Assembly (NCBI GenBank): GCA_964392095.1
Contig: CAYMOF010000002.1
Location: 1 to 61,812, forward strand
Source of the DNA: an uncultured Candidatus Saccharibacteria bacterium
GTDB lineage: Bacteria > Patescibacteriota > Andersenbacteria > UBA10190
Length of the DNA: 61,812 bases
Direction of reading: 5' to 3'
A program made the translations under genes and the position numbers. Below are positions 37,268 to 46,615 of the stretch, piece after piece; position 1 is the first letter of the stretch; every line of letters starts with the position of its first letter. The notes beneath the pieces were generated by a model. That model was not told the origin of the DNA and did no database searches. It saw only the letters and a list, made by a program, of their open reading frames with translations.

Positions 37268-37480
37268 ATGGTTCCTTGTCCTGTTCTGCGTGGTAGTGAC
37301 CTGTCTCCCGTTCATCACTCCCCGGACAATGGTGTTCATGCGGATATTGGCCACGGTGCCGACAAGAAGCACGTTCGCTTTGAGGGCCAGACCACGTTAC
37401 CGGTCTTCCGTATCGGCGGTCGCCCCAGCTATGCGAACGATGCCCGGTTGGCCAAGATGGGCGGCTCTTTCCGCGGCTAG
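37268..37480 (+). CDS. hypothetical 70-aa His-rich protein in GC-rich patch
   Basis: GGGAG 7 nt upstream; bracketed by promoter 37140 and terminator 37499. A codon-aligned antisense frame is also open apart from one stop, so coding strand is uncertain. Confidence 0.3.
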   Translation: MVPCPVLRGSDLSPVHHSPDNGVHADIGHGADKKHVRFEGQTTLPVFRIGGRPSYANDARLAKMGGSFRG

Positions 37481-37498
37481 TTCTCCTTCAACCTCAAC

Positions 37499-37536
37499 GC
37501 CCCTAGTAGCTCAATGAGCGAACGGGGCACTTTTTT
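37499..37536 (+). terminator. candidate intrinsic terminator
   Basis: GCCCC / GGGGC outer stem with inner GCTC / GAGC stem, then ACTTTTTT. Confidence 0.4.
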
Positions 37537-37637
37537 ATAAAACATTTTGATTATCTGTTCACGGACTCCACCTAAACGCCCCCAAAATGAGGATAAAGAG
37601 GGCGCCGTAGACTAAACGTCCCATTAAAGGGATATGG

Positions 37638-38012
37638 TTATTTTACCTCTTTAGAAGATTTATCTCTATTTCTTAGCACATTTAATTGTTTTTGAATTAT
37701 GGCCCGCGCATCCACTATCGCATTAACATCAGACCTCCCATCCTTTGCGTGTGTGTTTACTCCTTGTCTGACATCTTCGGCTGGAATGGTTAGAGTGTCT
37801 TTGTGTATTTTATCAAAATGATTTTTTGCCACGTCTGCTCTCTTTCCTATTTGGGCCAGTGCTTTGCTGATTACATCCATTGTTGCTCGTACATAGGTTT
37901 CAATCTCTATTCTTTTTCTATCAGAACGCCAGCCAAGATAACCAAATATTGCACCAACTACCCCAACAATAAAACCTGCAATACCAACAGCTAAACTTAT
38001 TTCAACAAGCAT
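37638..38012 (-). CDS. hypothetical membrane-anchored protein (124 aa from Met at 38012)
   Basis: N-terminal TM (LAVGIAGFIVGVVGAIFGYLGW) plus helical soluble domain. G8 run directly upstream of the start; the track ORF extends to 38117. Confidence 0.35.
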   Translation of the reverse strand: MLVEISLAVGIAGFIVGVVGAIFGYLGWRSDRKRIEIETYVRATMDVISKALAQIGKRADVAKNHFDKIHKDTLTIPAEDVRQGVNTHAKDGRSDVNAIVDARAIIQKQLNVLRNRDKSSKEVK

Positions 38013-38239
38013 ACCCCCCCCTAAACTAAAACTGCCGTATAAGACAAGGTGTCCTATGGCCTTTACAGCGAGGCAACATGCCCAGAGAGGTACAATATCA
38101 AGAAGGGGCGATTCCAAGAAATTTTATTTCAGAGGGTTTAGAATACGACGCTAATTCCTTATGGAACCGGCGCATTGCGCTTGTCGTGGACATATTAACA
38201 TCTGTTTCGACAAAAACAGAAAACACTAAGACTGATATG

Positions 38240-38259
38240 TACAACTTGGTGCGCTCAGA
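38240..38259 (+). repeat. direct repeat copy overlapping the tRNA-Lys 3' end (att-like, proximal)
   Basis: Identical 20-mer to 37042-37061. Confidence 0.85.
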
Positions 38260-38322
38260 GGGAATCGAACCCCCAACCGTTGGCTTAAAAGGCCACTGCT
38301 CTGCCAATTGAGCTATGAGCGC
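38247..38322 (-). tRNA. tRNA-Lys (anticodon UUU), CCA encoded
   Basis: Cloverleaf read by hand: GCGCTCA acceptor, GCTCAATTGGCAGAGC D-arm, anticodon loop CTTTTAA, GGGGGTTCGATTCCCTC T-arm, TGAGCGC-A-CCA. Confidence 0.9.
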
Positions 38323-38455
38323 GTAATAGAAACTTAAAACTTGAAATTAAAAAGTCAAAGGTGTCTTATGGTTTATGTGAGTGTTGGTTTAATGCGCATT
38401 ATATGTTATACTGTAATGTAATCACTTTTACAAGTTACTAAGGTTTTAAAATATT

Positions 38456-39133
38456 ATGAAAAAAATAGTATATGCGGCAGGCGCCATGGCAATAGTTCTA
38501 GCGGTAGGCGTTTTGTCTTTAGTCGGTAGCCAGGGGGAAGCGGCAGGGATTACATTTATTGGTCGAGGTGTAGTAAAACCTGGAGGAGCGTCCGATCATA
38601 TAAATGTTTACTGGACTCATGTGCCAAGTTCAGCGGAGAGAATTAGAGGTTTGAGAAGCGATGTTATTACCAGCAGCGCGACAATTTATAACTGGGAGAG
38701 GCAAAGCGATAATAGTTTGGCTAAAGTGGAAACAACCAGTTTGGCAACACCCGGAAAAGAAGTGGTTGTTAGAGGAACTTTGCTAGATGACGACCGAGTA
38801 ACGGCGGCGTGGGTTGTTAAGAATTATCGACAGTTTAAGGTAGAAGGGACTGTCCAGGGGGTAGATTTGGACACCGGTAGTTCTGATGAGGGGTGGATAA
38901 CTGTTAATGTCACCAGTTCGAAAATGAGATATATAGAGCCAGAGCGAAACTTTAAGCAAAGCCAAATAAAATCTAAAGATATCCGCTTTAGAGTAAACGG
39001 GCTGACTTCGATAACGGCTTTAGGGAAAGCCAAACACCTGGATGAGGTTTCGGAGAGTCAGCAAAATGTCAGGCTTGAGGGAGAATTGCAAGACGAAGGT
39101 GTTTGGGCGGCTAGCAAGGTTAACGAGCTATAG
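38456..39133 (+). CDS. secreted protein, DUF5666-like beta-rich repeats
   Basis: Signal peptide MKKIVYAAGAMAIVLAVGVLSLVG; repeated VxGTV/VEGTVQGVD and RLEGELQ modules. Confidence 0.45.
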   Translation: MKKIVYAAGAMAIVLAVGVLSLVGSQGEAAGITFIGRGVVKPGGASDHINVYWTHVPSSAERIRGLRSDVITSSATIYNWERQSDNSLAKVETTSLATPGKEVVVRGTLLDDDRVTAAWVVKNYRQFKVEGTVQGVDLDTGSSDEGWITVNVTSSKMRYIEPERNFKQSQIKSKDIRFRVNGLTSITALGKAKHLDEVSESQQNVRLEGELQDEGVWAASKVNEL

Positions 39134-39156
39134 GATTAATATTATAAGATTTTAAA

Positions 39157-39184
39157 ACACCCGCTTTAACAGGCGGGTGTTTTT
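39157..39184. terminator. bidirectional terminator between the 38456 gene and dnaJ
   Basis: ACACCCGC / GCGGGTGT stem flanked by A- and T-tracts. Confidence 0.65.
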
Positions 39185-40253
39185 ATAACCAGCTTCTCTT
39201 AGAAGCCGTGAATTCCTCGAGCAACTTCTTCTGACGACGTGATATTCTTTTGGGAATAGATACGTTGACTGTAATTATATGGTCGCCGCGCGTTCCTCTG
39301 TTTATTTCCGAAAAACCTTCGCCGCTTAGTTTTATTTCCTGGTTTGGCTGCGTGCCGGCTGGTATTTTTATATCTTTCTCCCCCGTGAGAGTTTCGGTTT
39401 TCTTTTTGGTGCCCAAGATAGCTTCAATAAAGGAAATTTTTAGTTCTGATCTGATGTCGTTACCGTCGCGGACAAGGAGGGGGTGTGGTTGGACATGAAC
39501 AGTGACGTAAAGATCTCCTGGCTGTCCGTGTCCAGCTGGTGACTCCCCCGCCCCACTTATAAAAACAGACTGTCCGTCGGCTATGCCCGCGGGAATATCA
39601 ACAGTGATAGTTCTGTCTGTTAGTTCTCTTCCTTCACCGCGGCAATTTTTGCATGGTTTTTCGGCAACTTTGCCCTCCCCATGGCAATTGTCACAGGTGG
39701 TTCTCTGTTGAAAAACACCTAACATGGTTTGACGGGCAGAAGTTACTGTTCCACTGCCCTGACACACCTTGCAGGTGGATATAGGGGTGCCTGGTTCAGC
39801 GCCGTTGCCGTGACAATGAGAACAAGGACGATAAAGCCTGGTTTTTACATCTTCTTTTTTCCCTTGGGCCGATTCTTTAAAATTGATAGTGACGTCAACC
39901 TGAATGTCATTGCCTTTTCTGGTTCTTTGTCTGGTCTGTCCGCGACTAAAGAATTGATCAAAGATGGAACCAAAATCTCCCAAGTCTTCAAAGTTTATAT
40001 TAACACCGCCGCCGCTAAAGGGGTCAAAGCCGGGTCCACTAGCGTTTTCAAAGGTTTGTCCAAAACGATCATACTGGGCTCGTTTATTGCTGTCACTTAA
40101 AATTTGGTAAGCGGCGTTTACCTCCTTAAATTTTTCTTCATTACCTCCGTCCTTATCGGGATGGTATTTATGGGCCAGACGGCGATAGGCCCTTTTTATA
40201 TCGTCTAGAGAGGCGTCTTTATCGACTCCAAGAACTGTATATGGATTGTCCAT
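39183..40253 (-). CDS. dnaJ: chaperone DnaJ
   Basis: J-domain ([13 protein letters not shown]), G/F region, four CxxCxGxG repeats. Confidence 0.95.
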   Translation of the reverse strand: MDNPYTVLGVDKDASLDDIKRAYRRLAHKYHPDKDGGNEEKFKEVNAAYQILSDSNKRAQYDRFGQTFENASGPGFDPFSGGGVNINFEDLGDFGSIFDQFFSRGQTRQRTRKGNDIQVDVTINFKESAQGKKEDVKTRLYRPCSHCHGNGAEPGTPISTCKVCQGSGTVTSARQTMLGVFQQRTTCDNCHGEGKVAEKPCKNCRGEGRELTDRTITVDIPAGIADGQSVFISGAGESPAGHGQPGDLYVTVHVQPHPLLVRDGNDIRSELKISFIEAILGTKKKTETLTGEKDIKIPAGTQPNQEIKLSGEGFSEINRGTRGDHIITVNVSIPKRISRRQKKLLEEFTASKRSWL

Positions 40254-40310
40254 AAGACATAATAATTACTTGAGAATGAGAAGAATGCAATACTTTCCTG
40301 TTTCTGTCCT

Positions 40311-41192
40311 TTACAGGGTTAATCTTTCTACTTTTTCTGTTGATTGGACAAGATACAGGAAATGCAGACGTCTCATGAGATAGACCAGGGCAATAATTAT
40401 TACCACAACCAGCCAAGCGAAGAGGGGGATGAGAATGCGAGCAAACAACAGAACGATCAGAAACAGGGATAAAACGGTAATTAGAGGATAAACGGAAAGG
40501 ATGTTATTAATTACTCTATTTAACAGGTCGGTAATCATTCGCGGGGCTTGGTTAATGTCTGAAAATGAATAAAATAATGACAAGGTATTGTTTTCTGGGG
40601 TTTGTCCGTCGATAGGCGATTCGGAGGGTAATTTGTCGTTAGGGTGGATGTTAAACACGGATTCATTAAGAGGGTTGTTCTTGAAAAGAGGCACGAAGAT
40701 TTCGATTACTTGACTAATCGATTGTTCTGGAATAACAACATGGCTGGCTTTAACTGCTTCCATGAGATTATTAAGAGACAATCCGGCCCAGCAAACTACT
40801 AAAGCTAATAAAGCGTATTTGGAGTTGGGGTAAAAAGTTCTTAGGAAGCTGGGTTTAATACTGTTAGAAAGAGAGCTAGTGCTGTGGTGCCGAGACGACA
40901 TGATAATAAGGAGAAGAATCGGGGCGGCGGCTATTGAGCCAACAGAGAATCGCCCAATGATTATTAAGAGAAGAGCAACAAGCAAAGTGACTCCTGTGAC
41001 CGTGTTTAGTTTTTTTACAAGTGACAAATTGATAACCAGTAGCGCCGACCAGATGAAGCCGCCAACAATCGTGCCTATGATTATAACCGGATATTCAACG
41101 AGATTAGGCAGGTACGATAGGCGCCAAAAGAGCAGGGCCGTGCACAGAATTAAAGACCCTCCTAAGATATACTCTTTCCGTCTGGTTGACAT
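40311..41192 (-). CDS. hypothetical polytopic membrane protein inserted between dnaK and dnaJ
   Basis: 293 aa, about 6 TM; no family recognised. Confidence 0.45.
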   Translation of the reverse strand: MSTRRKEYILGGSLILCTALLFWRLSYLPNLVEYPVIIIGTIVGGFIWSALLVINLSLVKKLNTVTGVTLLVALLLIIIGRFSVGSIAAAPILLLIIMSSRHHSTSSLSNSIKPSFLRTFYPNSKYALLALVVCWAGLSLNNLMEAVKASHVVIPEQSISQVIEIFVPLFKNNPLNESVFNIHPNDKLPSESPIDGQTPENNTLSLFYSFSDINQAPRMITDLLNRVINNILSVYPLITVLSLFLIVLLFARILIPLFAWLVVVIIIALVYLMRRLHFLYLVQSTEKVERLTL

Positions 41193-41211
41193 GCATGTAT
41201 TCTAACACGAA

Positions 41212-43113
41212 TTAGTTATCTTTATCTGACTTTTTTTCTTCTGCTGACCCTTCAACCACGTTTGGCTGTTCGGAGCTTTCTGTTTGGGATTGATTAGGAG
41301 AAGCTTGCTGGTTGGCCTGATACATTTTCTCCCCTATTTTTTGAACCGCGTTTGATAGCTCTGAAGAAGTTTTTTTAATAGCTTCAAGGTCATCAGAGTC
41401 TTTGGCCTTTTTTAGGGCTGAAATTTTATCTTCTATGTTTTTTCTGGTATCAGCGTCAATTTTATCTTTGGCATCAGCGAGGGATTTTTCGGAAGCATAG
41501 ATCAGTTGTTCTGCTTGATTAATGGTTTCAATTTTTTCCTTTTTCTTCCTGTCTTCATCAGCATGCCTGGCAGCGTCCTGCTTCATGCGCTCTATTTCCT
41601 CCGGATTTATACCGGAACTGTCCTCTATCTTGATACTTTGTTCTTTAGAAGTAGCTTTATCTTTAGCAGATACATTTAAGATTCCGTTCGCGTCAATGTC
41701 GAAGGTCACTTCAATTTGGGGAACGCCACGAGGCGCAGGCGGGATACCGTCGAGAATAAATCTGCCAAGTGATTTGTTATCAGCGGCCATTTCCCTTTCT
41801 CCCTGAAGAACGTGTATTTCAACTTGGGGCTGGTTGTTGGCAGCGGTAGAAAATACTTGCGATTTTTTAGTGGGAATAGTCGTGTTTTTTTCTATTAGAG
41901 AAGTGCGGACGCCGCCAAGCGTTTCAAGGCCGAGGGTCAATGGCGTAACATCAAGCAAGAGAACATCTTTAACGTCTCCTTGTAATATACCGCCTTGAGT
42001 GGCCGCGCCAATAGCCACTACTTCATCTGGGTTAATACCCTTGTGAGGCCTTTTATTGAATAGTTCTTTTACCGCTTCGGCAATTTTGGGCATACGAGTC
42101 TGTCCGCCAACGAGGATAACTTCATCTATGTCTTGGGGGGTGAGGTTGGCTTTTTTAAGAGCCTCTTTAGTAATTTGAATGGAGCGTTCGATGTGTTCAT
42201 TGGCGATCTCTTCCAGTTTGGCCCTGGTTAGGGTTAGGACAAGGTGCTTTGGTCCTGATGCGTCGGTGGTAATGAAAGGCTGGTTTATTTCCGTGGAAAC
42301 GGATGAAGACAATTCTACTTTGGCTTTTTCAGCAGATTCTTTGAGGCGCTGAAGAGCCATTTGGTCTTTGGACAAGTCTATGCCTTCCTGTGATTTAAAT
42401 TCTTTAACTATCCAGTCGATAATTAATTGATCCAAGTCATCACCTCCCAGGTGAGTGTCGCCGTGGGTGCTTATTACTTCAATAGTGTTTTCGGAAATAT
42501 CAAGGACTGAAATATCAAAGGTGCCGCCTCCGAAGTCGTAAACTACCACCTTCTCATCTTTTTTCTTATCTAGACCGTAGGCAAGAGCGGCCGCGGTCGG
42601 TTCATTTATAATCCGCCGGACGTTGAAGCCAGCGATAGTGCCCGCGTCTTTAGTGGCTTTTCTTTGGGAATCATCAAAGTAGGCAGGGACGGTAATTACA
42701 GCGTCGGTGACCGTGTCTCCCAGTTTGCTTTCAGCGTCGGCTTTAATTTTTTGAAGAACAATGGCCGATATTTCCGCGGGTCTAATCCATTTATCGCCAA
42801 ATTGGATCTCTACTCCCCCATCTTTACCTTCACGAATATTGTAGGGAAGGAGGTCTTTATCCCTTTGGACCACTTCGTCATTGAACTTTCGGCCAATTAA
42901 TCTTTTGGCGGAAAAAATTGTGTTTTGAGGATTAACGACGGCCTGCCTTTTGGCTAATACTCCTACCAATCGCTCGTTTGATTTGTTTATAGCCACTATC
43001 GAAGGAGTGGTTCTATTACCTTCACTGTTTTCAAGAATGGTTGGTTTGCCTCCTTCAACACAGGCAAAGGCTGAATTGGTTGTTCCTAGATCTATTCCTA
43101 TTATTTTGCTCAT
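41212..43113 (-). CDS. dnaK: chaperone DnaK (Hsp70)
   Basis: [29 protein letters not shown] signatures. Confidence 0.97.
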   Translation of the reverse strand: MSKIIGIDLGTTNSAFACVEGGKPTILENSEGNRTTPSIVAINKSNERLVGVLAKRQAVVNPQNTIFSAKRLIGRKFNDEVVQRDKDLLPYNIREGKDGGVEIQFGDKWIRPAEISAIVLQKIKADAESKLGDTVTDAVITVPAYFDDSQRKATKDAGTIAGFNVRRIINEPTAAALAYGLDKKKDEKVVVYDFGGGTFDISVLDISENTIEVISTHGDTHLGGDDLDQLIIDWIVKEFKSQEGIDLSKDQMALQRLKESAEKAKVELSSSVSTEINQPFITTDASGPKHLVLTLTRAKLEEIANEHIERSIQITKEALKKANLTPQDIDEVILVGGQTRMPKIAEAVKELFNKRPHKGINPDEVVAIGAATQGGILQGDVKDVLLLDVTPLTLGLETLGGVRTSLIEKNTTIPTKKSQVFSTAANNQPQVEIHVLQGEREMAADNKSLGRFILDGIPPAPRGVPQIEVTFDIDANGILNVSAKDKATSKEQSIKIEDSSGINPEEIERMKQDAARHADEDRKKKEKIETINQAEQLIYASEKSLADAKDKIDADTRKNIEDKISALKKAKDSDDLEAIKKTSSELSNAVQKIGEKMYQANQQASPNQSQTESSEQPNVVEGSAEEKKSDKDN

Positions 43114-43146
43114 AAGTTTAAGTGATATAAAAGTTAATAATATTAT

Positions 43147-43608
43147 TTATTTAGCCACTTTAACCTGGGCCGGCCTAATAACCGAGCCATTCAAAAGGTA
43201 GCCTTTTTGTAAAGTTTCTTTAATAAATCCACTTTTTACTTCTTTGGACTTAACCCTGGCAACTGCTTCATGAAGACTAGGATCAAATTCTTTTTTATCT
43301 GATTCTATGGCAATAACGCCCATTTCCGCAAGTGTTTGTTCTAATAACTTAGATATTTGCAGAACACCTTTTGTCCAGGCATGTTTAGATAATTCCGGCG
43401 GGATATGTTTAGTCATTGAGTTGAAATTATCGGCCAGGTTCAAAAGAGGTAAAATGAGAAGCTGTTTTTGTTGTTGGCGCTCTTGTTCGCTATTGGCGCT
43501 AATGCGTTTGCGGTAATTATCCATTTCAGCAATGGCTCTTTTCCAGCCTTCTAAGTATTCCTGTTCTCGGTTTGTAATTTGCCCATGGATGTTAGTGGAG
43601 TGAATCAT
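43147..43608 (-). CDS. grpE: nucleotide exchange factor GrpE
   Basis: AEMDNYRKR, FDPSLHEAV, VIRPAQVKV. Confidence 0.85.
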   Translation of the reverse strand: MIHSTNIHGQITNREQEYLEGWKRAIAEMDNYRKRISANSEQERQQQKQLLILPLLNLADNFNSMTKHIPPELSKHAWTKGVLQISKLLEQTLAEMGVIAIESDKKEFDPSLHEAVARVKSKEVKSGFIKETLQKGYLLNGSVIRPAQVKVAK

Positions 43609-43612
43609 ATGC

Positions 43613-44320
43613 TTATGGATTATTAAGAATTTGTGACATTATCTCAAGAATTTCAATATTGCGATCGTACGACATTCTTTTGGGTCCGACAATTGCCATG
43701 ACATACTGATCGTTATCTTCACTGGTGAGCGTCCGGGCAAGAATACTGGTGTGAGTTGTGTTTAGATAAGGGTTTTCACAGCCTATAAAAATAGCTACCT
43801 GGTTAGTGGTTAGCTCTGCTAAAGATTTTAGATAATTTTCCAAGCCGCTTAAAACGACAGCCGTTTCATAGATGGCCTCAAAGTCGTTTTTGGTTATGTT
43901 TGATAAAAGCTCGTTTATGCCGGCTTCGTGTATTTCACCCGTGGACATCCAGGCAACCATGGCCGGGGCGTGGGTATAATTGGACAAAAACATAGCGGCG
44001 GCCCGGGCTAAAGGGCTATGCTCGCCAGACATTGATTCTATTTTTTTTGAGAGAGTAAGTAAGCGTCTTTTGTTAACAAGGTTAGATTTAATTTGATTAA
44101 CATAATGACGATAGCCTTTGTCAGTCGGGGTACGTCCCGAGGAAGTGTGAGGTTGGTCCAGGTACCCTTCTTTTTGGAGTTCATTGAGAGTGCTGCGAAT
44201 AGTCGCTGAACTTAGCGAGAAAAAGTCATCCTCAACCAGATGAGAACTGGCCACAGGCTGAGCTGTTTTTATATAGCGTCTAACTAGAGCATTTAGAATT
44301 CGCGAGGTTCTTTCGTCCAT
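43613..44320 (-). CDS. hrcA: heat-inducible repressor HrcA (short, 235 aa)
   Basis: N-terminal winged helix RILNALVRRYIKTAQPVASSHL; CIRCE operator directly upstream. Confidence 0.8.
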   Translation of the reverse strand: MDERTSRILNALVRRYIKTAQPVASSHLVEDDFFSLSSATIRSTLNELQKEGYLDQPHTSSGRTPTDKGYRHYVNQIKSNLVNKRRLLTLSKKIESMSGEHSPLARAAAMFLSNYTHAPAMVAWMSTGEIHEAGINELLSNITKNDFEAIYETAVVLSGLENYLKSLAELTTNQVAIFIGCENPYLNTTHTSILARTLTSEDNDQYVMAIVGPKRMSYDRNIEILEIMSQILNNP

Positions 44321-44339
44321 GATGATTAATATTTAGATG

Positions 44340-44366
44340 TTAGCACTCTAACATTTAGAGTGCTAG
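44340..44366. promoter_or_regulatory. CIRCE operator
   Basis: TTAGCACTC-N9-GAGTGCTAG, 20 nt upstream of the hrcA start. Confidence 0.9.
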
Positions 44367-44379
44367 TCCGCAAGTTTCT

Positions 44380-45498
44380 TTAGGCCTTGTTTAAAGTAGT
44401 AGAAATAATAACTCGGGAGGCGTTATTGGGGTTGATAGAGATGTCGGTAATGATGTGGTTAGGGGTGGGCAGGGCTAGTGAATTCCAGGTTTTTCCCCCG
44501 TCTTCAGATCGGTAAAATATGTTGTGGACGGCAACGAAAATTCTAGAAGGGTTGGTAGGGCTAACAGAAACAATAGAGCTGATAATCGGCGTGGAGGTGC
44601 TGATTGGCAAGCGAAGATCAATCCATGTTTTGCCTCCATCGCTGGTGGCGGAAGCGCCAAAATTAGTGCCAATAACAATAGCCTCGGGAAATTGTTTGAT
44701 GAGGGTGAAATCGAGAAGAGTCAATCTTTGGTGACGCGGGTTTAATTTTTCCTGCTCGTCTTCGAAAAAGCGAATAAGCTCTCCGCGTCTGGTAAGTAGA
44801 AAAATTTCTCCTTCCCGGTGGGGAGAAACCTCCATTTTCTTTACTGGGCCTTTGTCGTAAGGAAGTCTATTCCAGGTCTTGCCTGACTGCTCTCCGGAAA
44901 GTAAATTGCCCGTGTTGGTAATGGCATAAACATGTTCATTGTTAAAAGGGTCAATTTTTAGGTGAGACACGTAGATGGGCTGGGGATCGGGAGCTTTAAT
45001 AAATTCTATTTTTTGTTTCTTTTCTTCTTTAGAAGCCGGTACAGTTAAAATCTTTTCCCAGCTTTTAGCTTGGTCGAGACTGCGCATGACCACGCCATCA
45101 CCGTTATTGCTGCTGCCCGATATAATAATTATATGGTTAGCAAGTTCAGCTATTGATTCTACTGATGCCAAGGGGTGATTGATCGCTTTCCAGTTTTTGC
45201 CTTCATTTTCGGATACATATATTCCTCTTCTACGAGCGACGGCGTAAATTTTTTGAGGATTGTTCGGAGAACGAACAAGCTCGGAAAAATTAATATTTGC
45301 TATATGGTTAGTTAAATCTTCCTCTTCAGCTTCAAGAATGACGGATTGATCAAACTGCGCTCCCCCGCTGGTTGAAATATAGGTTCCTCCGGAGGGAATT
45401 GCCTGTTCCTTATTTGCGCATCCAATTAATTGAAATGAGCCTAGAAAAACAAATGGAAGGATTACGAATGTGGTAATGCGTGTAGGCGATTTACTCAT
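44380..45498 (-). CDS. BNR/Asp-box repeat (Ycf48-like beta-propeller) lipoprotein
   Basis: Five SxDxGxTW-type boxes (SDGGKTW, SEDGGKTW etc.). Start moved to Met at 45498, giving a lipobox-like LIGC. Confidence 0.6.
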   Translation of the reverse strand: MSKSPTRITTFVILPFVFLGSFQLIGCANKEQAIPSGGTYISTSGGAQFDQSVILEAEEEDLTNHIANINFSELVRSPNNPQKIYAVARRRGIYVSENEGKNWKAINHPLASVESIAELANHIIIISGSSNNGDGVVMRSLDQAKSWEKILTVPASKEEKKQKIEFIKAPDPQPIYVSHLKIDPFNNEHVYAITNTGNLLSGEQSGKTWNRLPYDKGPVKKMEVSPHREGEIFLLTRRGELIRFFEDEQEKLNPRHQRLTLLDFTLIKQFPEAIVIGTNFGASATSDGGKTWIDLRLPISTSTPIISSIVSVSPTNPSRIFVAVHNIFYRSEDGGKTWNSLALPTPNHIITDISINPNNASRVIISTTLNKA

Positions 45499-45529
45499 AC
45501 TGTCGTATAATGATATGCGTAAGGATATC

Positions 45530-46438
45530 ATGAAGCACGCTCTTGTTTCAAAAGATGTAAAATGGGTTAATATCCAAAGTCCGACGGCGGAAGAGTTGGC
45601 TGATTTTGTCAGAGAGACAGACATCGACAAAGAAGATGCTGAATTCATGGCCCATATTCATCAACGGCCGGAGGTTGCGGTAAAGCCTCACTATATTTTA
45701 CTTCTTCTTAATGTTCCTGTCTTTGACCGCAAGTTGAGAGTAACGATGGGGGCTTCTTTGTATTTAGTAATTAAGGAAAAAGAATTGTTTAGTTTGCACT
45801 ATGATCCGATTATCTCGGTTGACAGTGTGAGAAAAGGTTTTGAATCGTCTTTGGAGAAACAAGAAGATTATTTTGGGGAAGATGCTTTAAGCTTATGTTT
45901 ATATATAGTCAACTCTATATATAATGACGCATTTAGGAAGCTGGACCGGCTTAGCAAACATATTGATATTGCCGAAGACGCTGTGTTTTTGGGTAATGAG
46001 CGCAAAATGGTGGAAGAAATAGCTATTTTAACTAGAGATGTGATGGATTTCAGGAGGGTAATCAGACCCCATACAAGTATTTTTAGGGGGCATATTAATC
46101 ATTCTTTTTTAACACCGGAAAACTCATTGAGGTGGGTAAGGGTGCATGGATTGTTAATGAAAATGTGGGAGCATTTGGAAAGCATGTTTGAAAGTGTTAA
46201 AGAGCTGAATAACACAAACTCCACCTTGTTACAGCACAAAGAAAATGAGTTGCTTAGAATCTTAACGCTTTATTCAATATTGGTGATTCCGATGATTTTG
46301 CTGGTGGATCCTTTTTTTACGCCTGGGGCAGCAGACGCTAATATTATCGATAAGGTCTTTTTCTGGATGGTCATAGGGGTATTGGTTATGGCCTTAATAT
46401 TCATAGGTTTAAGGTTTCGTAAAAAAAGGTTCATTTAG
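45530..46438 (+). CDS. CorA-like divalent-cation transporter family protein lacking the GMN motif
   Basis: CorA-like cytoplasmic domain and two C-terminal TMs (LTLYSILVIPMILLV...). DPFF where YGMNF is expected. Start at ATG 45530 after AAGGA. Confidence 0.55.
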   Translation: MKHALVSKDVKWVNIQSPTAEELADFVRETDIDKEDAEFMAHIHQRPEVAVKPHYILLLLNVPVFDRKLRVTMGASLYLVIKEKELFSLHYDPIISVDSVRKGFESSLEKQEDYFGEDALSLCLYIVNSIYNDAFRKLDRLSKHIDIAEDAVFLGNERKMVEEIAILTRDVMDFRRVIRPHTSIFRGHINHSFLTPENSLRWVRVHGLLMKMWEHLESMFESVKELNNTNSTLLQHKENELLRILTLYSILVIPMILLVDPFFTPGAADANIIDKVFFWMVIGVLVMALIFIGLRFRKKRFI

Positions 46439-46615
46439 AGTTTGTTTTATACTTCCACCAGGTGATTCCAGGTTTTTTGAAATAATTTTACGGATGAAGA
46501 AGGGTTAGGAAAAACAACAATAATACACAGTTTATCCACGTGCACGAGTTAATGAGCGAGGGTATAATTCAAGGTGTTTAGTTAACGGGTCGTATATCCA
46601 ACGTTTTAAACCTTC

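Larger units (their letters stand above)
37042..38259. mobile_element. tRNA-Lys-associated mini-island or integrative-element remnant (no integrase)
   Basis: 20-bp exact direct repeats, one overlapping the tRNA 3' end. Interior has atypical GC-rich patch and orphan genes. Confidence 0.5.
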
